From Blastocladiella emersonii ATCC 22665 (taxonomy: Eukaryota > Fungi > Blastocladiomycota), in NCBI GenBank assembly GCA_025594325.1, contig JANHCV010000006.1, positions 434,001-498,000 of the forward strand: DNA of 64,000 nucleotides, read 5' to 3'. A program made the translations under genes and the position numbers. The stretch's first letter is position 1. Each line of letters opens with the position of its first letter. Shown here piece after piece: positions 12,349 through 23,511 of the stretch. The notes under the pieces were generated by a model. It had not been told where the DNA came from. It searched no databases and worked only from the letters and a program-made list of their open reading frames with translations.

Positions 12349-14859
12349 ATGTTCAACGCCAACGTCCTCTCCGGCGAGGAGGTCTGGGCGCGTCTCCGCG
12401 ACGACGTGTACCAGCTCGTCCGCCACCCGGAGAACGGGCTCGACCCCAAGCGCTACATGAACATCTACACGTACGCACCTCTATCCCTCTCCTTGCGCAC
12501 GCGCGTGGCAGCATACTGACCCGTCTCGACCCCCAACAGCCTCGTGTACAACCACTGCACGTCCAAGCCGCCCGCGGGCGCGTCGGTCGGCACCCCCGGC
12601 TCGGTCCAGTCCAACGTCATGGGCCGCGAGCTGTACCAGAGCCTGCAGGCGCTGCTCGAGACCTTCATGGGCGAGCTCGTCGAGGTACGTCATCATCATC
12701 ACCCGCTGCATCTCTCGATCGCGCACGCGACTCACCCTCCACCCATGACGCACGTAATAGGGCTGCAGCGGCCTCATGGACATTGACCTCCTCGCCTTCT
12801 ACACGCGCGAGTGGAACAAGTACACGCAGGCGGCCAAGTTCCTCGACCACCTGTTCCAGTACCTCAACCGCCACTGGGTTAAGCGGAAGATCGACGATAA
12901 CCACGAGGGCATCTACCGCATCCACACGGTACGCGCTCCTCGCCACGCACTGGATAGCCGAGATCGGTCGCTGACCACCGCGACCAAAAAATGTAGATGG
13001 CGCTCGTCATCTGGAAGGCGTCCCTGTTCGAGCGCACGTCGGGCCCGCTCGTCGACGCGGTGCTGCGCCAGATCGAGACGGAGCGCAACGGCGAGTCGGT
13101 GGACCGGTCCATGCTCAAGGCCGTGCTCGACTCGTTTGTCGCGCTCGACCTGCCCAACGGCGACGCGGTCGACGCGGGCACGGCGCAGGGGCCCGAGACG
13201 TACAAGCACACATTTGAGGACAAGTTCCTCACGGCGACCTCCACCTACTACAAGGCCGAGTCGTCCAAGTTCCTCGCCGAGAACTCGGTCACCGAGTACA
13301 TGAAGAAGGCCGAGACGCGCCTCGCCGAGGAGCTCGACCGCGTCAAGATGTACCTGCACGCGTCGACCGAGGCCACGCTGATCCGCCTGTGCGAGGAGCG
13401 CCTCATCCTCGACCACGACGCGGTGCTGCGCGACGAGTTCCAGGTGCTGCTCGCCTCGGACAAGAACGAGGACATGGAGCGCATGTACCGGCTCGTGTCG
13501 CGCACGCCCGACCGCCTCGAGCCCCTCCGCGGCAAGCTCGAGGTGTACGTGTCCAGCATCGGCAAGCAGGCCGTCGAGAAGGTCGCCGGCGACCTGTCGG
13601 ACGACGCGCCGCTCGACGCCAAGGTGTACGTGGACGCGCTGCTCGTCGTGTACCACAAGTACGCGTCGCTGGTCGCGCGCGCGTTCCAGGGCGACGCCGG
13701 GTTCGTCGGGTCGCTCGACCGCGCGTGCCGCGAGTTTGTCAACCGCAACGCCGTGACCGAGACGGCGCCGTCCAAGTCGTCGGAGCTGCTCGCGCGGTAC
13801 TCGGACTCGCTGCTCAAGAAGTCGGCCAAGAACCCCGAGGAGGCCGAGCTCGAGGAGCTGCTCACGTCCATCATGACCGTGTTCAAGTTCATCGAGGACC
13901 GCGACGTGTTCCAGAAGTTCTACTCCAAGATGCTCGCCAAGCGCCTCGTCGGCGGGCTGTCGGCGTCGACCGACTCGGAGGAGCTCATGATCAACAAGCT
14001 CAAGGACGCGTGCGGGTTCGAGTACGTGTCCAAGCTGCAGCGCATGTTCACGGACATGGGCGTGTCGCGCGACCTCAACGCCGACTTCCAGTCCAAGATG
14101 GCGCAGACGCACGGGCCCAACGCGGCCGACATGGTCGACTTCCAGGTGATGGTGCTGTCGACGGCGTCGTGGCCGTTCACGGCGCCGCCCACCGAGTTCC
14201 AGCTGCCGACGGAGCTGGTGCGCACCTACGACCGGTTCACGCAGTACTACAACCACAAGCATTCGGGCCGCCGGCTCACGTGGCTGCACCACCAGTCCAA
14301 GGGCGACCTCAAGGCGCAGTTCCCCAAGTCCAAGGCGACGTACCTGTTTGGCGTGTCCATGTACCAGATGGGCATCCTGCTGCAGTACAACAACGCCGAC
14401 AAGTACACGTACGAGGAGATCAAGGAGCTGACCAAGCTCAACGACGCGTACATCCAGGGGTACCTCGGGATCCTGGTCAAGGCCAAGATCCTGCTCCTCG
14501 AGGGCGAGTCGGTCGGTGCGCCGGGTTCGACGTACGCGCTCAACGTGGCGTACAACAACAAGAAGACGCGCATGAACCTCAACGTGCCGATCAAGGCCGA
14601 GATCAAGACGGAGACGGACGACACCAACAAGACGGTCGAGGAGGACCGCAAGCTGTTCCTCCAGGCGGCGATCGTGCGCGTCATGAAGACGCGGCGCCTG
14701 CTCAAGCACCAGGCGCTCATCCAGGAGGTGATCACGCAGGCGCAGTCCCGGTTCAAGCCCAAGATCTCGGACATCAAGAAGTGCATCGACCTGTGCATCG
14801 ACAAGGAGTACATGGAGCGCGTCGAGGGCGAGAAGGACACGTACTCGTACATTGCGTAA
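12349..14859 (+). CDS. CUL1: Cullin-1 (SCF scaffold), multi-exon
   Basis: YMNIYT/LVYNHCT, FQYLNRHWVKR, VFKFIEDRDVFQKFYSKMLAKRL, KLQRMFTDM and neddylation motif AAIVRVMK; ends TYSYIA*. Confidence 0.95.
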
Positions 14860-15602
14860 GCTATAGGCGCGCGGTGTGGCGGGGTACGGGGTTCGTGGTT
14901 TGGTAGTTGTGTGGTGTTGTGGAGTTGTTTGAATTTGCATTCCCCTCGTTGTTCTTGTAACTCTGACGACTCGGTGTCTCACACGCGAGGTGAGAGACGC
15001 GTCGAACAAGCGACGCGCTGCGCCACAGTCGATCAAAGAGCGACTCCGCGCGGAGACCTGCACCCTCGGTTATGCATGCCGCGGCGCTATACTCGTCGAT
15101 ACAACAGCAGTGCCGCCGACGAATCACGATGATCCTGAGTCTCCTCCGCGAAGCAGTACCAATCACGCCGACCATCACGCGAGCCACCGCTTGCGACCGC
15201 CCACCTCGCTTACCTACCCACCGCTCCAACCGCCACCATTCCGCCCCGCTCAAGAACAGTCGACCGGCTCCTCGGCCTCCTCGGCGGCTCGTGCAGTGTC
15301 GTCGGGGCCGAGGACGCCGTGGCCAGCGGGGAATCGCGGCAGGTGCCGCTCACGCTCTCGTACCCGCTCCGTACGTCGATCAGACGAAGATGATCCGCGC
15401 GTAAACTTGACGCGGATCGAATCGTGTAGCCGCCCTCCTCGTTTCCTCAGCGACCAAGCTCCCCTCACCGCGCCCATCGCGGCGGCGGGCAAAGACCGAG
15501 GGCCCCGCGGACGCGGACAAAGACGGTCAGCCGCAACGGCGACCCCTGAAGGCGGCAAAGAGCGGCCCCGCGAGTCCCACGGCCGGGTCTCCGGCGGCCA
15601 CG

Positions 15603-16643
15603 GTGTCGGCGAGCACCACTGATGTGGACGGCGCGGATACGTCGGGCCCCACGCTGACGGCGCCGTCGCCAAGCTTCTCGCGGTCCGCCAGCTTCCTGCT
15701 CGGTTCGTCCACCTCGTCCGTGTCGGGTCCCGCCGACCTCCTCGATCCAGCCGCGCTCTCCTGGCCGTACGCTGCCGCTCGCAACAACACCACTCGTCCG
15801 AGATCCCACACGTCGCCGTCGTCGTTCGGATCCTCGCCCGCCGCCCTCACCGCCTCCACGCGCTCCACAAGCAAGAAGCTGCTCCTCGACACGTCCCTCA
15901 TCGCCGCCATGTCGCCGCCCGTCCCCGCCGAGACCTCGAGCGGTACGCATGTTTCCCGGAGTGTTGCAAGACGCGCGGCGCGGTCGCGGTCGCGGCAGTT
16001 GCAGACCGAGCGCGAAGGTGATTGGGCGGGGCCCCGCAGGCTCGATAAGTCGAGCGCATGACCTATTTTCCACCCCCCTCGTCCTCGTCCGCGTGTCGTC
16101 ATCCTCGTCCCTCAAGGTTATCGGCGCGTGGCCGAGCTGGCCAGCCGCCGCGGCGCGTCGTCGTCGACTCGTCGCGTCGCACGGCGCGCGGTGGTGGGCT
16201 ATTTGCACCGCGAGGGTTCCCCCATCCTCGCCATCCTCAGCCTCATCCTGACCGACGTCGCCGTGGTGCGGATCCCCCGAGCCGAGCGAGGAGAGGGGGG
16301 ATTCGCACGCGCCGCCGCGAGCAGGGGAGGGACGCGTCGTGATCGCGGCGGTCTGTTCCCACGCAGCGGCGCCGATGAGATCACCGTGTCTCCCACGCCG
16401 GTCGCGCCCCCGCTTCTTCCGCCCCGCGCGACGTCGCTGTCCGCTACGCCGATCCCATCCCTCCCTTGTACCCCCTCTGCTGCAGTCCGTGCAAGCGGAC
16501 TCCGCCGCCGCGCCATGGCCGATCCTCAAGGTGCTGCTGCTGCCCTTGTGCGGCGCGCGGACCGCTTGCCCGTGTGCCTGGTCCCCTCGCCCGTGGCCGC
16601 GCCGTGTTATTTTTCAACGTGTGTGACCGGGACTAACTTCTGA
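15603..16643 (+). CDS. Possible hypothetical low-complexity Ser/Pro-rich protein (two ORFs possibly joined by an intron)
   Basis: ORFs 15603-16061 and 16128-16643, GTACGC donor-like site near 15943 and one hydrophobic stretch (ILAILSLILTDVAVV). No recognisable domain. Confidence 0.25.
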
Positions 16644-16926
16644 CGCCTCCTCCTTGCTTCCCTGTCGCCCCGCGCGCGAACACGCGACAAACACTCTCAC
16701 GCCGCGCCTCGCCGCCCGCCGCCCACCCTGCTGCCCTGCCCTGCCCTGCCCGCCCTCCCTCTCCCTCTCTCTTCTGATCCGCGCTCTCTCTCTCCCGCCC
16801 GACACACCACGCATCTGCTACGCATCGTTTTTGCTTGTATCAACACTCGACTTGCGCGTCTGCGTCGTCGCACACTTGCTCTCGACTACAACAGCTGCTC
16901 CCGCCGTTCCCACCGCCACCACCACC

Positions 16927-18490
16927 ATGCTCGCCACGCCCGCCATCCCGCCCGCGCCCCAGCGCACGGCCGCCCCCGCCAACGGCGCCCACGCCCACTA
17001 CCCCGAGGACGTCGGCATCGTCGCCATGGAGATCTACTTCCCGCGTCGCGTACGTTTGCCTTAGTGGGAGGATTGGGTCGGATCAGCAAGCTGACCGCGT
17101 CGTCTGCGCGTAGTGCATCGAGCAGGTCGACCTCGAGAAGCACGACGGCGTGTCCGCCGGCAAGTACACGATCGGCCTCGGCCAGACCCAGATGGCCTTT
17201 GTCGACGACCGCGAGGATATCAACTCGATCTGCCTCACCGGTACGGCGCGCCTGTGCTCTCGTGTGTGTGTGAAAGCGCGACGCTGACCCTTGATCCGCG
17301 CCTGCGTAGCCGTCCGCAACCTCATGGACAAGTACAAGATCTCGTACGCCGACGTCGGCCGTCTCGAGGTCGGCACCGAGACCATCATCGACAAGTCCAA
17401 GTCGGTCAAGACGCACCTCATGGACCTGTTTGCGTCGCACGGCAACACGGCCATCGAGGGCATCGCCACCACCAACGCGTGCTACGGCGGCACCTCGGCG
17501 CTCTTCAACGCCGTGCAGTGGATCGAGTCGTCGTACTGGGACGGCCGGTACGCGATCGTGGTCGCGGGTGACATTGCCATCTACGCGTCGGGGTCGGCGC
17601 GGCCGACGTCGGGCGTCGGGTGCGTCGCCATGCTCGTGGGCCCCAACGCGCCCATCGTCATGGAGCGCGGGCTGCGCGGCACCCACATGGAGAACGTGTA
17701 CGACTTCTACAAGCCCAACCTGTCGTCCGAGTTCCCCGTGGTCGACGGGCCCGAGTCGGTCGTCTGCTACATGCGCGCCGTCGACAAGTGCTACGCGCAC
17801 TACATGGCCAAGCTGACGGCGGCCAACGGCGGCGTCGAGACCCCGCTCACCACGGCCGCCGACTTCACCGTGTTCCACTCGCCCTACGCCAAGATCGTCC
17901 AGAAGGCCGCCGGCCGCCTGTTCCTCAACGACTACCTGCGGTTCCCCTCGGCCCCGCAGTTCGCCAGCGTCCCCGCCAAGCTCGCCGCCACCAAGCTCGA
18001 CGAGTCCTACTTTGACAAGGACGTCGAGCGCGCCTTCATGGCTGTCGGCGGCGACTACTTCGCGGCCCGCACCGAGCCCTCGCTGCTCACCTGCAAGCTC
18101 ATCGGCAACATGTACTGCGGGTCGCTGTACGGGTCGCTCATCTCGCTCCTCTCGGTGACCCCCGCCGCCGACCTCATCGGCAAGCGCGTCGCCATGTTCT
18201 CGTACGGGTCCGGCCTCGCCTCGTCCATGTTCTCGTTCCGCATCGCCCGCCCCGTCGACCATATCGTCAGCACCGTCGACCTCCTCGCCCGCCTCAAGGC
18301 CCGCACCGTCTACTCGCCCACCTTCTTCGAGTCCGTCATGGAGCTCCGCGAGCGCGAGCATAACGCCGTCAACTACACCCCGACCGGCGATATCGACAAC
18401 GGGCTCTGGGACGGCACCTACTACCTCGCGGGGATCGACGGCAAGTTCCGCCGGACGTACGCGCGCAAGGAGGCTGCGTCGCAGCAGTAA
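16927..18490 (+). CDS. ERG13: HMG-CoA synthase
   Basis: [39 protein letters not shown], catalytic [27 protein letters not shown]; two introns in the 5' part. Confidence 0.96.
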
Positions 18491-18954
18491 GGTGGTGTGG
18501 TGTGCGCGGCCGGCTGATCGAGCGCGCGCAGAGAGAGAGGAGGAGGGATTCCCGAACTGTGTTTGTACCTTTCTTTGAACCTCATTCAATGCATCCATTG
18601 GCTACTTGGCACTCCATCACTGTATTCTCGGCGGTCTCTTGCAGCCCAGCTGTTCGTGTCACCCCTGCTTGCGCGCGGCCGAGGCGACGAAGGCCTGCTG
18701 CGTTCACTGACGGGAGAACTGTGAGCGCTCACAACCATGCGATCCTGGACATGGCGTGCACGACGTTTCTCGCGTGGACAAGGACCCAGCGACGCGGGTG
18801 GGCGCGGCGGCCGCGATCAGCAGCAGCCATGGCCACGCCGGCCGCGCAGTGTCCGCTGACCTCGAAGTCGGTGGCCATGAGCCGTGACCATAGTCACCTC
18901 ACGACGACCACCAGTCAGATGAATGATTATATCTATGCGCCGCCATCCGCTACG

Positions 18955-21900
18955 CTACGTCTTGACGCCGTAGAACCGGATCAAGTTCCGCTTATCCTCG
19001 CGCTCCTCCTTGATCTCGCGCTCAAGCTCGCTGAGCCGGTGGTTCCGCTTCCTCGCGACCGCGAGCAAGAAGTACACCCACAGCGCGAACGCGGCGAGGA
19101 TCGGCCCAATCACCACAATCGACCCGATCAGGTTCAGCGCGCCGCGCGCCGCGTCGTCGCGCATCTGCGAAATCGACTTGGGGATCACCGTGTACGCGCC
19201 CTCGTTCGCGCCGTACGTGATGGTCGACCCCGGGAACACGCGGTACGGGCCGCACCGCGTCGAGGGTTTGAGCCACGTCATGGCGAACAGGATCGGGACG
19301 GCCATGAGGAGCAGGGTGAGGAGCATGAAGCCCAGGAACACGATCACCTGCGTGTACGAGTTGTAGATGCGGCGCGGCGGTTGAGCGAATTGGAGGACTA
19401 GACACGAGGATCGAGTAAGTCTTCCGCCGTGGTCGCGTCTGAACCGCCCAATCGCACGTACCCGTGAACCGCTTGACGTAAAAGATGATGGTGGTCGTGA
19501 TCATGCTGAAGGCGGCGAGGATGGGCGCGTACACGCACCCGATCCACACGATGGCCTGGCGGTACACGAGCTCGAGGATGTTGGACGTGATGTCGAACTC
19601 GTAGCTGCCGTAGATGAGCTTGGTTAGGAGCGCCGAGATCACTGTCGACAGACTGCTCAGCAGCAGGTCGAGCCACAGCAGGTTCAGGAACCGTTTGGCC
19701 ACCTGGTGCTCCCAGCACGGCTCGGTTGGGTTGTCGACCTACACTTGAAGGGTGAGTGAGGGTTTGGAGGAGAAGGATGGGCAACGTACCAGCGAGTAGA
19801 GCGAGAACAACATGAGGTAAATGGACGCGATCTTGATGAGGTACGACCGTGCGAGCGTCATGCGGGTCTCCCACTGCGGGTCCGTGTACCGCTCGAACTG
19901 GGCGACGTAGTAGAAGACGACGGGGAGGACCGAGTTGGAGATGGACACGACGTAGGGCGGGAACGGCGTGGCCATGGAGGCCGACGTGCACCTTACCTTG
20001 TCGGGGCTCGAGTTCATGGTGAACACGTCGACCAGGTTGAAGAAGAAGGTGTTGGTCGTCGAGTAGCACGACGACACCGAGTCCCAGATCACGTAGCCCG
20101 TGCCCGTCAGCAGCAGCACGCAGAGCACGTTCGTCGCCGTCCGCAGCAGGAACAGTTGGACGGCCGCGGCCACGGTCAGCGCCGTCTTGCGCGCCTCGAG
20201 CTCCGCGTCGCTGATCAGCGTCTTGAACGCCGTGCTGATCGCGTACACCTGGTTCAGACGCATCTCGTTGCTCTCGACCGCGTGGTTCCACGACGAGAAG
20301 GCGACGACGGAGAACGGGTACACGTCGTCGTGGCCCACGCCCGTTGTCAGGCCCGACTTGCGCACGTACTCGGCTCGCATTCTACACGTCGGATGTGGCG
20401 GTTAGTTTCTGACGCGATTCCGTTCGTGTGAAGAGCGTACCGTCGTAGAATGAGCGCAAAGCTGACGAGAATCGACGCGAACATGGCGAACACGTAGGCG
20501 AGGTCCATGCGGTACGTGCCGCCGAGCATGATGGGCGACAGCGCCTTGTAGTAGAGCGGCGTGGTCTCCCAGAGCCCGGTGCCCGCAAAGAACGTCTGGA
20601 CCGTGTCGAACCCGGGCGTGAAGGTGCTCGCAATGTAGTCGCCCCACGTCTTGCCCGCGTGCCGCTTGCCCGCAGAGTCGACGTACGTGTCGCCGAGCGA
20701 GAACATGCCGATGACAATCACGACGCCAAGCCACAGGCTCGCCAGGATCGAGTTCATGATGAAAATGGTCTTGCTGAGGTTGAAGTACGACGCGATGCCC
20801 GTCCCGAACCGGCCCTCGATCAGCTTGAGCGAGTCGGCGAACAGGCGCAGGATCCCGTCGCGGTTGTTGTTGGTGAAGACCGCCACCCGCTTGCGCAGCT
20901 TGTTGACGAACAGACCCCACGCGTTCAGGTTCGCCCGGAAGTTCTTGATCTGCAGCCGCTTCGCACGCTTGCGGTCCATGGGGCTCGCGCCGCCGTCCTC
21001 GCCGTCGTCGCCACCGGCCATGGTGGCAGCCGCCATGATGTTGCCCTGCGACTTGAGCGACTCGCGCTTCGACCTTAGCGACCGCACCGACTTGTAGTGC
21101 TCGGACCGGCCCATGACCCCGCCGCCCGCCGTGCGCACGGTATCCGTCCGCTTCTGGCTGTCGTAGTCGCCCGCCAGCGGGACGCGCTCGCCGGCACCAC
21201 CGTCGCGGAAGCTCGTCGGCGGGACCTCGTCGACCGGCGACGCGGGCGTCGGCCCGAGCGCCGCAGCCACGGCGGCCTGCGCGGCCGCAATACTGGACGA
21301 CGCGCGGCTCTCCTTGCGAATGGTCCCGCCGCGCTTGGCCGACGGCGCCGACTCGGCGCGGAACTTCATGTTGTACGCCGAGATCCGGCTCGCGACCGTC
21401 GACGACCGCGCGCGACCGAAATCGCCGCTGTTGTTACTCGCACCCAGCAGGCCACTTGTCGGAGACCCGCCGACCATGGTCACGGCGCTCATTGGGTCCC
21501 CTGGCGACCCCGGGTGGTGCGGCAGCGTCGCGTCCTGCACCTCGAGCGCGGGCCGCGACGTCGACGAGTTCTGCGACGTCTGGAGCGGCGGCGGCAGGTG
21601 CCCGTGGCTCGCGACCGAGTGCCCCGCGCGCGTCATCAGGTTGCCCTGGGAGTTGTTCGCAGACCGCGGCGCCGCGAGCTGGCTCCCGCTCGCGCTGCCC
21701 TGTGCGTGCATCGCGACACTCGTCGTGCTCGCGCGCGGACGCGCGGGACCGAGCGCCGGGTTCGATAGCCGCGCGGCGGGCCGCACGGGCGCGGGGACGT
21801 CCGTGTCCGAGTCGTCCGAGTCGTCGAGGACCGAGACCCCGACGTCGTCGGCGAGGTCGATCGGCGCAACCACGTCGTCCGCCTCTCCACCGCCTCGCGC

Positions 21901-23233
21901 GCCGTCGTCGTCGTCGTCGCTGTCGCTCCACACGGTGCGCGACGCAGCGGACGCGGGTGGCGCGGACCGCGGGCGCTGCAGGTCAAGCACGCGCGCCTCG
22001 CCGCGTAGCGGGGACGCGGCGGCAGTGCCGGCCGACTGAACGCGTTCCACGACGGGTAGTGGCGCGGGCGCGGGCGCGGGCTCGTCCTCGACATCGTCGA
22101 GCGCCGTGACGACGGGCAGCGACCCGGTGCGCGCGCTGATGGCGACGAGCGAGTCGAAGCTGCCGCTGCCCACGACCGACGACCCGGCGGACTCGAGCAG
22201 CGTGACCTGGTTCGACGACAGCGGCCGCAAGATGCTCACGGGCGAGCTGGACACGAGCGGCGAGGAGGCGGGGAGGTGCAGCAGGTCGTCGGGTTCGCTC
22301 ACGCCCAAACTCACGGCGCTGGTTTGGACGGACAGGGCCGCGGGCCGCCGCGAGCTCGAGCCCGCCAGACTCGTCTGCGAGCCCAGCGTCACGGGGACCG
22401 GCGATGTGATGGGGAGCGCGGTCACGGACGACAGCGACGTCGCGTGCCCTGGCGGGCGCGGCGGGAGGTCGGAGACGGTGACTGGTGGCGCGGGCGGCGA
22501 GTAGGCCCTTTCGGGCAACGGAAGCGGTGGTGGGAGCGGGTAGGATTGCGGGCTTGGCATCGCCGGGTACGGCAATGATGGTGGTAGCGGCGGGGAAGGC
22601 GCGGGGCCCGGGTGCACGCTGGGGTACGGCAGCATCGGGGAGACGGACGGCATGGCTGTCGTTGGCGGGTACGCGGCGTACGGGTATCCCGCGGGAACCG
22701 GCGGGACGTCGCAGTAGTAGGCGAACCCGGGCGGCGGCATCATGGGCGATGGCGGGAGCGGTGGGAGCGGCGGCGGTGGTGGGGCCAGCTCGGTCGGGTA
22801 CGACATGGCGATGGACGCGGGCATGCCGGCCAGCGAGTGTGTCGAAGCGCGGTGCGAGGGGCTGGACGGCATCTACTCGGCGGGGGTGGGTCAGTTGCTG
22901 TAGGATGTGGCAGAGCAGACGAGGGCCGTACTGGATGCGGTACGTCGAGGCCCTACACTCGTACAGCGGGTTAACCATCAGCTCAATATCGCAAGTAGTG
23001 GACAGTACCTGCTGGTGCGACTGGTACAGCGACTGGTGCGACGCGCGGCGGTGGTCGCTCGGGAGGTCCGGCGCGGGCAGCGAGTGGCCGTCGTTCAGCA
23101 CCATGGCCGACGGTACGCGCGAGTCCGGCAGCGGCGGCAGCTAGACGGCGGCAGCGGTTGGCAAACTCCCTCGTTCCCGTTGAGAAATCATCGCGTCGAT
23201 GCATACATCCGATTGCGAATACCGGTTATCCAT
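18955..23233 (-). CDS. Transmembrane channel-like (TMC) family protein with long Pro/Ser-rich N-terminus, multi-exon
   Basis: TMC-type motifs in order: IEGRFGTGIASYFNL; VVFYYVAQFERY..P; CWEHQVAKRFLNLLWLD; FDITSNILELVYRQAIVWIG..YAP; PSTRCGPYR. Start inferred at MDNRYSQSD (23233). Confidence 0.85.
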
Positions 23234-23511
23234 GGTGGTTTTGCAGCAGCTACGTGATCGTTTCGGAGTGCATGGTGCGTTGCAGGTGGTGCGTTTTGCG
23301 GAGGAGAGCGGACATGGTGGTGCGGTCGACTTGAAACGCGTCGCGCGACAACGCGACGGGCGACAACAACGTGACCGCGCGATGGTCATTTTTCACCTTG
23401 TCTCTCACGTCGTCCACCGGGATCGCCTGGCGCCCTTGGCGCGCAGCGCGAACAAAGCATCGTGTGGGAGAGAAGACAACCGCTTTTTGTTCATTTGGAT
23501 CAGCAACTCGT

